Origin: Hyphomicrobiaceae bacterium
Lineage (GTDB): Bacteria > Pseudomonadota > Alphaproteobacteria > Rhizobiales > Hyphomicrobiaceae
Reading direction: 5' to 3'
Length of the DNA stretch: 64,000 nucleotides
NCBI GenBank assembly: GCA_022844225.1
Contig: JALHMC010000015.1
Coordinates: forward strand, 11,297 to 75,296
Below the pieces are notes generated by a model, which searched no databases, was not told where the DNA came from, and saw nothing but the letters and a program-made list of their open reading frames with translations. Numbering within the stretch: the stretch's first letter is position 1; the number at the start of each line of letters is the position of its first letter. The translations under genes and the position numbers were made by a program. Of this stretch, positions 1 to 9,083 are shown in pieces.

Positions 1-1
1 C

Positions 2-319
2 GTGCTGGGCATTGTTGGAGGTGCCGGCATGATGGGGCATGGTGGCGATGTGACGCTAGACAGCCACATCCGCTATCTGTCCGGGTTGTTGCTCGGCCTC
101 GGCCTTGGCTTTGCGTCCACCATCCCGGCAATCGAGAAGGCGACGTCGCTGTTCACGGTACTGAGTGCCATCGTCGTGATCGGCGGACTGTCTCGGGCCT
201 ATGGTGTGGTGGTCAATGGCTGGCCCGCGGGCGCGATGGTATTCGCGCTGGCGATGGAGCTCGGCGTCGTGCCGTTCTTGCTCCTTTGGCAGCGCCATGT
301 CGCCGGCCGTTCCGGTTAG
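2..319 (+). CDS. small integral membrane protein, C-terminal part (DUF4345-like); 5' end outside window
   Basis: ORF open from window edge. Hydrophobic helices present (LLLGLGLGFASTIP, VLSAIVVIGGL, AMVFALAMELGVVPFLLLW). Family name from memory only. Confidence 0.4.
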   Translation: MLGIVGGAGMMGHGGDVTLDSHIRYLSGLLLGLGLGFASTIPAIEKATSLFTVLSAIVVIGGLSRAYGVVVNGWPAGAMVFALAMELGVVPFLLLWQRHVAGRSG

Positions 320-838
320 TGACGTCCATCGTTCGGGAGGCCTTCTTGCCGCGGCGACGCTGCAGGCGCGCAAGCGGGGATGACCCATGCTAACCAGCTG
401 CCGCTCTGCCGCGATCGAGCTGGCGCCCTTTGTCGTCGGTTAAGGTGCCGGCGGCCACGCGGACGAATGGTCCGATAGAATCAGACGGCAGGTTTGGGTC
501 ATTAGCGTCGCCGCTGTACGAGGCAACGGCCGCTGTGCAGAGAAAGCCGCCGTCGCCGGTCGACGGGACGGAGCCAAATTCCCGGCTTCGTTCGTTGTCC
601 GCTGCGCCCTGACAAGCGGACCTAATCTAACGAGCCGGCGCGCGGGGCTGAGCCACAGCACATGCGGCAGGGCTGAAAAGGGCAAGCTCCTGCGTGATGC
701 ACCGGGTGCGATGGTCCAATTTTGGACACCCATCGAGCAGCTGCCACCGCGCGGAGGAAAGGGTGTAGTTCGATAGCGGCGCCATCATTTTGTCCGTAAT
801 GGCCGCTTGTGTGTCGATAGCGTCTTTAGGGGGAAAAC

Positions 839-1942
839 ATGATCCGGCTGGCACTCGCGGGGTTGATGCTGTTGGCATCAAGTGGAGCGCCGGTACTGGC
901 CGAGGTTCGGGTGGCCCTGGTGATTGGCAACAGCGCATATGTGAATGCCCCGGCACTCCCCAATCCAAAAAATGATGCCTCTGCAATATCGACATCATTG
1001 AAGGCACGGGGTTTCGACGTCGTTGAGGCCATGAATGTCTCAAAGGCGGCGATGGACGGAGTCGTGAAACAATTCGCCGACAAGCTACCAAATGCCGATG
1101 TGGCACTACTTTTCTATGCCGGCCATGGGATCCAGGTCGGCCTACAAAACTACCTAGTGCCTGTCGATGCCAAGCTTGATCGGGAACGCGACGTTGATTT
1201 CGAGGCTGTGAAGCTCGAGTTCATACTTCGCCAGATGGAAATCAACCGAGATGGAAAGACGAGCATCGTGATCCTCGACGCCTGCCGGGACAACCCCCTC
1301 GCGAGAAACCTTGCGCGATCCATGGGTACCCGATCGACTTCAATCGGGCGTGGGCTGGCGACGGCACCTGCTGGCCTTGGGACATTCATCGCTTACGCCA
1401 CTCAACCTGGAAACGTGGCGCTCGACGGGACCGGCGGCAACTCGCCATTCACGGCAGCCTTGCTGAAGCACATGCCTCTGCCCGGGCGTAACCTGCCCGC
1501 GGTCTTCATTGAGGTGCGCAAGGACGTCGTCGCGATCACCAATGGCCAGCAAGTGCCCTGGGATCACTCTGCGTTGACCTCGGACTTCTATTTCGTTCCC
1601 GGTGCCTCTGGCGCATCGACCACGGCCACTCGAGCAGCAGAGACGCCGTCTCCAAGCCCGACAGCCGAAGCCGAGGTGCCGCCGATCCAAAGGAAGGCAG
1701 ACCTAGTTCGCGCGGTAACCACGACGCTTGAGGAAAACGTTCGCCTAGAGGGTCGTGTCATCAGCTCATCACGTCAACCGAACCCCCAGGCGTGCCGCGA
1801 ATTGTGTGAAGCCGACATCACCTGCAGGGGCTACCAACACGGACGCAAGATCCCGGTGATGGGCAGATGTGAAATTTTGGACCGCGTTGACTCCAGGTTC
1901 GAGGACCGGGCTTGGCGATCGGGCGTCCGCTCGAGAATGTAG
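839..1942 (+). CDS. secreted caspase-family (peptidase C14) protein with C-terminal PAN/Apple-like Cys-rich domain
   Basis: N-terminal signal peptide (MIRLALAGLMLLASSGAPVLA). Caspase His/Cys dyad context present (LLFYAGHGIQ ... SIVILDACRDNP). The C-terminus CRELCEADITCRGYQH...GRCEIL resembles a PAN/Apple module. Confidence 0.85.
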   Translation: MIRLALAGLMLLASSGAPVLAEVRVALVIGNSAYVNAPALPNPKNDASAISTSLKARGFDVVEAMNVSKAAMDGVVKQFADKLPNADVALLFYAGHGIQVGLQNYLVPVDAKLDRERDVDFEAVKLEFILRQMEINRDGKTSIVILDACRDNPLARNLARSMGTRSTSIGRGLATAPAGLGTFIAYATQPGNVALDGTGGNSPFTAALLKHMPLPGRNLPAVFIEVRKDVVAITNGQQVPWDHSALTSDFYFVPGASGASTTATRAAETPSPSPTAEAEVPPIQRKADLVRAVTTTLEENVRLEGRVISSSRQPNPQACRELCEADITCRGYQHGRKIPVMGRCEILDRVDSRFEDRAWRSGVRSRM

Positions 1943-2157
1943 CGGTCTGAAGAGTGCTCCTCCTCAGTCCAAAACCGAGAGGGACAGCACCAAAACATGG
2001 ATAGCCCAATATGGTTATTCGCGTTGCTGCTCCATGAAATGATGGAGGTTGTGCAGAGGAAGCGGACACTACGGCAAGGGATTGCTCGCGTCTCAATTGG
2101 CCATTGAAAAGGTCCGCTGTGACGTGGTGAGCGGAAAAGGTGGCATGAACCCCTCCG

Positions 2158-4444
2158 CTACCGGCGGATAAACGCCAGCGTGCGCTGTGCGAAATTGGTC
2201 AGCTGCTGGTCGTTGATGATCTCTGTCTGCCAAGTAGCATTGGTATCGTGGTGGAAGAGGTTGACGTAGTCGAGAATTGCGCGAAGCTCGCGCGTGTCTG
2301 CCTGGTTGAGAAGCTGTTGGGGCGTATTCTGGCGCTGCTGGCAAACATTGTGAAATGGCCCAAGCAGGGAGCCCGGCGGAAACTCGTGAGGAAAAGCTAC
2401 TCGAATGAAGGCCTCCAGCATCGGCCGCAGGTCGGCAGCCACCTGGCGCTGCGTTGCTGGGTCGGCAGTGTCGAGGTAGGCAAGAACGCGGGCATAGCGG
2501 CGGTCGTGCTCGGTGATCGTATCGGCATTGACATTCCAGGCGGAGATTTGAGACGCGTTAGCCGCACGCGTAACTTGCATTGAAGCTCGCGCCACATTGC
2601 GCGGCGCGCCCTCCCATACCTTCATCAGGAATGGCTTGAAGTGTGAAAGGACAATCACTTGAGCGACGCGCGTTGAAAGGTGGCAGATTTCCTGCACCGT
2701 CACCAAGGAGCGGTGCTCGTCGAGGCTGGTCATCGGATCATCGATGACGACGATCTTGTCAGCCAGCGTGGGATCTTGATCTAGAGAGGCGAAGAAGAAC
2801 GCCAGCGCCAGCGTGTTGCGATCGCCGGAGCTGAGCGCCGAGCGGAATGAGGGTGCAGCGTCGGCGGTAAGCGGGACGTGGTTCTGATTAATGACCACTG
2901 CGTAGTTGACGGACGACCCGGCACGGTTGTTGACCGAGGCCATATTGTCCAGGCGGAAGCCTGCGCCAAAGCGCTGGAGAAAAGCGTTGATGGCGGCCTG
3001 ATAGCGCGGGAAGATGTTTTGCCGGTAGTTGTCGAGGGCCGTGCGTGCAGCAGCTCGCAAACCTTCCGTCGCCGCCTTGGCCTGCCTCTCGCCAATATAG
3101 GCTTGGCACAACGGAGCGATGGTGGCGCTCTTGCATTGCGCGCAAGCGCGCAAGGTCGGCGGTGAGGGCCGCTATGTCGGCGGCCTGGGCTTGCTTCTTG
3201 ACCACCGCAAGCTGCGGGTTCACAGCAAGCAGCGCCGTTGAAAGGTCGGTCACCCCAGCCCTCGCGCCATGATACGTCTCGATGGCGGTTAACGTGGCTG
3301 CGTCAAGGGCTGATGGCTCTAGTGGTGAGGCCTGCTTGGCAGTGAAGGCGGCCTCCACACCTCCCCGTGCCCTCCGCCATGCAAGAGCCAGAGCGGCCGT
3401 GTCAATATTGACCTCGGGCACCTCGGCGAAGCGAGACCAGAAATCGCGGCGTTGGCCAGATACCCGCACGGCGCGCTCGAAGGCGGTCGGCACATCGCCG
3501 CCATGCTGGGTTATGATGGCGCGCTTGGTTGTTGCTATTGCGTCCTTCAGTGCTGTGTAGGCAGCACCGAAGTAGGCCCGATAGTGTGCAATAATTTCCG
3601 AGCCTTCGAGCGCTTGCTTGCACAAAGGGCAAACCTCTCCGGCCTCGCCATGTGATGCAGGTGCGATCAGCTCAATGCCGGCCGCTACCCAGGGCTCGGC
3701 GCGAGCCCCGAGGCGGGCGAGGTGAGCTTGCACCTGCTGCGCAGCAGTGGCATCGAGATCGGCCAAGCTGCGCTGGAGAACGGCGTTGATGGCTGCAATA
3801 TCGAAGCGGGGCAGGTCAATTGCGGTGAACTCAGGCTCACGCTGAATGGCGGCGGCCGATTGCGCCGCAGCAAGCCGACGCTCGGCATCCTGCAACAGCT
3901 CCGTCACGTCCGGAACCATTGGCAAATCACAAAACTGGTCGACAGTGAAGTTGCCACGTGCAGCGGCTGGGATGGCGTTTCCCTTTTCGCGCAGCTCGCG
4001 GTTGTGCTGCTCGATGGCGTCAACATGGGTTATTAAGTTGGCGTTCAACGCCACGCCCTGGGCGCCGAGGATCAACTCATGAAGGTTTTGGCGGTGGCCG
4101 GCCTCAATCTCCAGGCCAGAGCAGACGTTGGCAGCGACGAAGGCATCGTCGAACGCGGAAATGGTGGGCAAAGGCGCCGACCATGCGCCATTGTTGAACG
4201 TGTGGTCGGCGCCGCCTGCAACATGGACGATGACATGCGGCGGATTAGCAGCACCGAGCCGGCGGCGCTCGCTAATAAATGTGGCGTCACCCTGCGCCAG
4301 TGAGCGCAACACCGCCGATAGCGTGGTCTTGCCCCGTCCGTTCTCGGCGTAGATCAGCGTGAGCTTCGCGAATGGCAGCTGTGTGCCGGGCGATATAGCG
4401 TCGAACTGACCGATGTTACGGAGGAGGTTTAGCCGTTCAAGCAT
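2158..4444 (-). pseudogene. AAA_13 / RloC-PrrC-like ABC-type ATPase interrupted by a frameshift near 3140-3160
   Basis: The N-terminal ORF (4444->2888) has Walker A (AENGRGKTTLSAV), a coiled-coil region and a CxxC zinc-hook-like motif (CPLCKQAL). The sensible continuation (CAQCKSATIAPLCQAYIGERQ ... SSGDRNTLALAFFFA ... VVIDDPMTSLDEHR ... C-terminal HHDTN) lies in a second frame (3153->2158). After ADLARLRA the first frame becomes R/G/P-rich junk. Confidence 0.75.
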
Positions 4445-5268
4445 TGGACCGTCAGATTACATTCTAATCTACAAGAAAGGAAGCCATCTGAGTATGGGTC
4501 GTAAATGGCCTTTGCTAAGATTTCTAGACCAATCGGAGTGTCGGTCTGATGGACTTCAAGACTCACTGTGGATGATTGCTATTCTCGGCTCCGCGTCACC
4601 TCACAAGAATCAAGCAACTGAATTTTGCGTGAGGTCTCGATGTCCGCATTTGTATATCCGGGTCGGCCTGAAGCGGTATACGACACACAACGGAGACCAT
4701 GGACGTCCATGCAGAAACGACTGAAGATGCGACGAGATGGTGCATGTGCTTGGATGCTATGCGATGCGGCCACCGGCGCTGATATTGGCGGAATCCAGTA
4801 CGTGCATGCATCCGATGGCAACCACTACCGGCCATGGCTGCTTGTCGACGGCGCTCGGAGATCTCTTGGCGAGCCCGTACCGCAACTGGCAATGGCAGCG
4901 CGTGCCGTAGAGGACACTAGAATTTAATCGGCTCCACGCTCAGCAAGGCTGTGTATTGCTTCTTTGGTTGCCTCACGAGCAGGCCCATGCAAAACCTTCG
5001 CAAGCGGACATGGGGCTTCGCGCAGCAAACGCTACTGCCTGCCTTTGCTGGTTTGTCTGCCAAGCCAAACCTACAATCGATACATTGATCGGTGTCGAAG
5101 CTCCAAATGTCTGTTGTGGGTGGCGGAGTGGGCTCCAAAGCGCGCAAGAGACTTTCTCCAGGTGACCCTTAGCGGTCTCACAACTGGATGCTCGCGAGTA
5201 TGGAGGGTACGTCCCGCTTGCACTCCAATCACAACCTAAGCCAATCTCGGCGGCGTCTTCAGCACGAG

Positions 5269-5321
5269 CGCGTTGAGCGTCGCCGAACCCGTGATCGACT
5301 GCGCCGCGCCCCAGGGCTGCT
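5269..5321 (-). repeat. 53-bp scrap of the Rhs core sequence (encodes ...QPWGAAQSITGSATLNA) directly downstream of the last immunity gene
   Basis: Identical to 6026-6078 (gcgcgttgagcgtcgccgaacccgtgatcgactgcgccgcgccccagggctgc). Homology stops abruptly at both ends. Confidence 0.7.
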
Positions 5322-5324
5322 TAC

Positions 5325-5546
5325 CTACTGGTCCGGGTCGAGTTCTGGATATTGGCGAACCACAGGGCGAAGAACTTCCATGTTAAGATGATCCATAAGC
5401 TCTGCCAGTCCTCTACGTAGCATTCGGCGCTCGTCGAGGGATTCCAATTTCTCCACGCTGTCCGCAATTGAGCTGACATAAGTGTTTGCTATCATTATCT
5501 GCTCGACGAACCATCGAGCGGAAGCTAGATCCAAATTCTGTGGCAC
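5325..5546 (-). CDS. putative immunity protein for the adjacent Rhs CT (diverged paralog of 10036-10260)
   Basis: 73-aa AT-richer ORF starting 9 nt after the toxin-CT stop. It shares size, helical character and the C-terminal motif YPELDPDQ / FPDLDPHS with the ORF at 10036-10260. Confidence 0.6.
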   Translation of the reverse strand: MPQNLDLASARWFVEQIMIANTYVSSIADSVEKLESLDERRMLRRGLAELMDHLNMEVLRPVVRQYPELDPDQ

Positions 5547-5555
5547 CTCACACTC

Positions 5556-6224
5556 CTAGAAGTATTTGTCGCAACCTGACTTTTCAGCGCACTCTCGGAT
5601 GCATCGGCGTTGTCTACCGGGCCAATCGTTGCCTGTCCCAGGGAGGCTATCTGGATCGTCTACATATTGATCTCTGCAATCGCTCCTACATATTTGTATT
5701 TCGCGCTTGCAACGTTCTTCTTCATTTTCACCGGGCTTCTCTTTGAAGCACTGGTAAAGCAGGATAGCCGCCCCGGCCGCCGCTCCCAACACCGCACCAC
5801 TTGGACCACCGTATGTTCCGCCCAGCGTGGCGCCAGCGGTTATGGTATTCCGCCCGCTTGGATCAACCAACTGCTGAGGTCGATTTCTAGCATACCCATA
5901 CACACTCGGCCCATCGACGAAGCCGAGCGGGTCGGGCTGGGTGTAGCGGCCGAGGCTCGGATCGTAATGCCGGTGCCAGTTATAGTGCAACCCCGCTTCG
6001 ACCTGGAACCACTGCCCGGGGAACCGCGCGTTGAGCGTCGCCGAACCCGTGATCGACTGCGCCGCGCCCCAGGGCTGCCAGACAGCGGTCCACACAGCGG
6101 CCTTGGTGCTGTTTGTCATCTTCACCGGGCGGTTGAGGCTTGCCCTTGGGCTTGTCCCGAGGGTGATCGACGCTGACCTAGAATTCACAGTCGAAGCCAT
6201 TGAAAATGAGGTCGCACGCCACAA
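5556..6224 (-). CDS. orphan Rhs C-terminal toxin module (core end + glycine-zipper/Cys-rich CT), 5'-truncated
   Basis: Contains the Rhs core end (GLHYNWHRHYDPSLGRYTQPDPLGFVDGPSVYGY). The CT follows: NRPQQLVDPSGRNTITAGATLGGTYGGPSGAVLGAAAGAAILLYQCF, then a Cys-rich tail. No repeat shell is present and only a TTG start lies in junction sequence. Confidence 0.75.
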   Translation of the reverse strand: MWRATSFSMASTVNSRSASITLGTSPRASLNRPVKMTNSTKAAVWTAVWQPWGAAQSITGSATLNARFPGQWFQVEAGLHYNWHRHYDPSLGRYTQPDPLGFVDGPSVYGYARNRPQQLVDPSGRNTITAGATLGGTYGGPSGAVLGAAAGAAILLYQCFKEKPGENEEERCKREIQICRSDCRDQYVDDPDSLPGTGNDWPGRQRRCIRECAEKSGCDKYF

Positions 6225-6259
6225 CTCCTGGTCCGATTAACTTTGGGAAAAATCCATCA

Positions 6260-6589
6260 TTATCCTTGGGCGGAATCAAGAGATGGATCGCCCAGTCGGC
6301 GCAAACCGCACTCATCGCCCGCTTCAAGCCAGTGCATTGAAGCAAACGATGAATGTGAACGAATTTTCGAATTCAGGAGATCGATGGCCTGAACCAATGC
6401 CCCAAAAGAATCGACCTGCATACCCTGATGCCGGTAGGTGCTGCCATCTAGGCCCAAACCATCGATCTCGAATACAGCGGCCCAATCGTTTTGAACACGC
6501 TCTGGCTTGTAAATTCTTACCTCCAAGAGCTTCTCGCCATTCACCGTACGCAACACCAACTGGCGCGTGGCAATCAATTGCTGGCTCAT
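6260..6589 (-). CDS. putative immunity protein (copy 2 of a duplicated gene)
   Basis: ATG (MSQQLIATRQ...) is preceded by GGAGG 8 nt upstream and starts 5 nt after the toxin stop. The predicted protein is identical to that of 7335-7664. Confidence 0.6.
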   Translation of the reverse strand: MSQQLIATRQLVLRTVNGEKLLEVRIYKPERVQNDWAAVFEIDGLGLDGSTYRHQGMQVDSFGALVQAIDLLNSKIRSHSSFASMHWLEAGDECGLRRLGDPSLDSAQG

Positions 6590-6594
6590 AATCT

Positions 6595-7299
6595 TTACCT
6601 CCCGCAAAAACCAAGCGGCGGAATGTATCGTTTGTTATTGCAGGCGTGAGTTCGCTCTGAAGCCTGATTGTGGCATTGAGCGCGCTTACGCAATATAATT
6701 TGGCTCATGCAGCACGCGCGATCTTCACGATCCTGTTCGTCACATTCGTCGTCATCCGGGCAGTCCCGACCGCTCCCACTAGGCGGCTTTCCCCCGCCAC
6801 CGCGACCACCGCCATTCTTTAGAGCGGTGATTAAAGTGGTCAGGGTCGGAACAACGTAGGGCCTAACTGTAGGCCACACAACGTTCTGAGCGACTAGCTT
6901 TATTCCAGGCAACGTCCAGACAAACCGCCCGTCTGGATCGACATAGACCTGCGGAGCACCCCTCACATACCCATACACACTCGGCCCATCGACGAAGCCG
7001 AGCGGGTCGGGTTGGGTGTAGCGGCCGAGGCTCGGATCGTAATGCCGGTGCCAGTTATAGTGCAACCCCGCTTCGACTTGGAACCACTGTCCTGGGAACC
7101 GCGCATTGAGCGTCGCCGAACCCGTAATCGACTGCGCCGCGCCCCAGGGCTGCCAGACAGCGGTCCACACAGCGGCCTTGGTGCTGTTTGTCATCTTCAC
7201 CGGGCGGTTGAGGCTTGCCCTTGGGCTTGTCCCGAGGGTGATCGACGCTGACCTAGAATTCACAGTCGAAGCCATTGAAAATGAGGTCGCACGCCACAA
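6595..7299 (-). CDS. orphan Rhs C-terminal toxin module (duplicate of the CT of 7670-8707), 5'-truncated
   Basis: Same core end, then VRGAPQVYVDPDGRFVWTLPGIKLVAQNVVWPTVRPYVVPTLTTLITAL, a Gly-rich linker and a Cys-rich tail (CPDDDECDEQDREDRACC...CHNQASERTHACNNKRYIPPLGFCGR). Confidence 0.75.
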   Translation of the reverse strand: MWRATSFSMASTVNSRSASITLGTSPRASLNRPVKMTNSTKAAVWTAVWQPWGAAQSITGSATLNARFPGQWFQVEAGLHYNWHRHYDPSLGRYTQPDPLGFVDGPSVYGYVRGAPQVYVDPDGRFVWTLPGIKLVAQNVVWPTVRPYVVPTLTTLITALKNGGGRGGGGKPPSGSGRDCPDDDECDEQDREDRACCMSQIILRKRAQCHNQASERTHACNNKRYIPPLGFCGR

Positions 7300-7334
7300 C
7301 TCCTGGTCCGATTAACTTTGGGAAAAATCCATCA

Positions 7335-7664
7335 TTATCCTTGGGCGGAATCAAGAGATGGATCGCCCAGTCGGCGCAAACCGCACTCATCGCCCGCTTC
7401 AAGCCAGTGCATTGAAGCAAACGATGAATGTGAACGAATTTTCGAATTCAGGAGATCGATGGCCTGAACCAATGCCCCAAAAGAATCGACCTGCATACCC
7501 TGATGCCGGTAGGTGCTGCCATCTAGGCCCAAACCATCGATCTCGAATACAGCGGCCCAATCGTTTTGAACACGCTCTGGCTTGTAAATTCTTACCTCCA
7601 AGAGCTTCTCGCCATTCACCGTACGCAACACCAACTGGCGCGTGGCAATCAATTGCTGGCTCAT
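7335..7664 (-). CDS. putative immunity protein (copy 1 of a duplicated gene)
   Basis: Predicted protein identical to 6260-6589, with the same SD/ATG context. Confidence 0.6.
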   Translation of the reverse strand: MSQQLIATRQLVLRTVNGEKLLEVRIYKPERVQNDWAAVFEIDGLGLDGSTYRHQGMQVDSFGALVQAIDLLNSKIRSHSSFASMHWLEAGDECGLRRLGDPSLDSAQG

Positions 7665-7669
7665 AATCT

Positions 7670-8707
7670 TTACCTCCCGCAAAAACCAAGCGGCGGAATG
7701 TATCGTTTGTTATTGCAGGCGTGAGTTCGCTCTGAAGCCTGATTGTGGCATTGAGCGCGCTTACGCAATATAATTTGGCTCATGCAGCACGCGCGATCTT
7801 CACGATCCTGTTCGTCACATTCGTCGTCATCCGGGCAGTCCCGACCGCTCCCACTAGGCGGCTTTCCCCCGCCACCGCGACCACCGCCATTCTTTAGAGC
7901 GGTGATTAAAGTGGTCAGGGTCGGAACAACGTAGGGCCTAACTGTAGGCCACACAACGTTCTGAGCGACTAGCTTTATTCCAGGCAACGTCCAGACAAAC
8001 CGCCCGTCTGGATCGACATAGACCTGCGGAGCACCCCTCACATACCCATACACACTCGGCCCATCGACGAAGCCGAGCGGGTCGGGTTGGGTGTAGCGGC
8101 CGAGGCTCGGATCGTAATGCCGGTGCCAGTTATAGTGCAACCCCGCTTCGACTTGGAACCACTGTCCTGGGAACCGCGCATTGAGCGTCGCCGAACCCGT
8201 AATCGACTGCGCCGCGCCCCAGGGCTGCCAGACGGCAGTCCACACAGCGGCCTTGGTGCTGCTGGTCATCTTCACCGGGCGGTTGAGATGATCGACGCTC
8301 AGTCTAGTTGGATGCGGGCCTACGCCCGCGGGCCACGTCGCCGGTGAGGCGGTGTTGACCGCATCCACGACAGCCAGCGGACGGTCCACCGTCGTCCGCG
8401 ACGCAAACGTCGGCGCGATCTCAGTCTCGTACAGCCAGACGTATTCCCGCACCGTGCCGGTGGCGCCCGTCGCCCCCCCACCCGCCGTTTCGGCAATCAC
8501 ATTGCCGAAAATGTCGTGCAAATAGTGCGTGACCCCGGCCGGAGCCAGCGCGGTTGCTAAGTGGGCATCCGAAGCGCCAACAAAGTGACTGTCGCGGATC
8601 GCGATCTGCTCGTTGGCGTCGTACACGTATGTCGCCTGCGGGATCCCGCCCGCGGAGACCGCCTGCAGAGGCGATTGCAGACGATTAGCTAAGACACCCC
8701 AGAGCAT
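7670..8707 (-). CDS. orphan Rhs fragment (last Rhs repeats + core end + CT toxin), 5'-truncated
   Basis: YD-type repeat remnants (THYLHDIFGNVIAETAGGG...REYVWLYETEIAP) and the core end HYNWHRHYDPSLGRYTQPDPLGFVDGPSVYGY. The CT is identical to that of 6595-7299. Confidence 0.8.
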   Translation of the reverse strand: MLWGVLANRLQSPLQAVSAGGIPQATYVYDANEQIAIRDSHFVGASDAHLATALAPAGVTHYLHDIFGNVIAETAGGGATGATGTVREYVWLYETEIAPTFASRTTVDRPLAVVDAVNTASPATWPAGVGPHPTRLSVDHLNRPVKMTSSTKAAVWTAVWQPWGAAQSITGSATLNARFPGQWFQVEAGLHYNWHRHYDPSLGRYTQPDPLGFVDGPSVYGYVRGAPQVYVDPDGRFVWTLPGIKLVAQNVVWPTVRPYVVPTLTTLITALKNGGGRGGGGKPPSGSGRDCPDDDECDEQDREDRACCMSQIILRKRAQCHNQASERTHACNNKRYIPPLGFCGR

Positions 8708-9083
8708 CTAAAATCGGTCGAAACCCGTCTAATTCCGCGACATTAATTGGGGTGAGGCCAGCTTTATTCGAAAGGTCAACTTTTGCACCCGCAGCGATCA
8801 ACAGCTTAACAGCTATAGTTTGCCGAGAGACCACAGCGGCATGCATTGGCGAATTACCGTCCTCATCTTGAGCATTAAGATCGGCACCCTCTTCAGTCAG
8901 AAGTTGAATTGCAGCACCATCCCCAAGAGTTGCCATCCAATGCAGCGGTGTTTCTCCAGTTGCCGATCGAGTGCCAATAGACACCTCAAAATCATCCGGC
9001 AGATGAGCATAATCCCGAAAATCGAAAAGTACTTCGGAAATTTTCAGCATATTGATTACCACATCGAAGCTACTGACGGACAT
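8685..9083 (-). CDS. ankyrin-repeat protein, putative immunity protein for the CT at 9070-10035
   Basis: Ankyrin repeats present (GETPLHWMATLGDGAAIQLLTEEGADLNAQDEDGNSPMHAAVVSRQTIAVKLLIAAGAKVDLSNKAGLTPI). The start MSVSSFDV at 9083 overlaps the toxin stop by 14 nt. The sequence is visibly AT-richer. Confidence 0.7.
   Translation of the reverse strand: MSVSSFDVVINMLKISEVLFDFRDYAHLPDDFEVSIGTRSATGETPLHWMATLGDGAAIQLLTEEGADLNAQDEDGNSPMHAAVVSRQTIAVKLLIAAGAKVDLSNKAGLTPINVAELDGFRPILDALGCLS

Larger units (their letters stand above)
5891..8287. repeat. tandem repeat, period 1075 bp, ~2.2 copies (Rhs core end + junction + immunity gene + CT)
   Basis: 5891, 6966 and 8041 start the same sequence (catacccatacacactcggcccatcgacgaagccgagcgg...). 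The ORFs in the two full copies translate identically. The few substitutions seen are confined to the first ~180 bp of the copy starting at 5891. Confidence 0.9.

Noticed and set aside
5891-8287. Repeat array as a possible CRISPR or minisatellite.
   Set aside because: The period is 1075 bp and the unit contains complete protein-coding genes, so this is a gene-cassette duplication. No short repeat-spacer structure was seen anywhere in the window.
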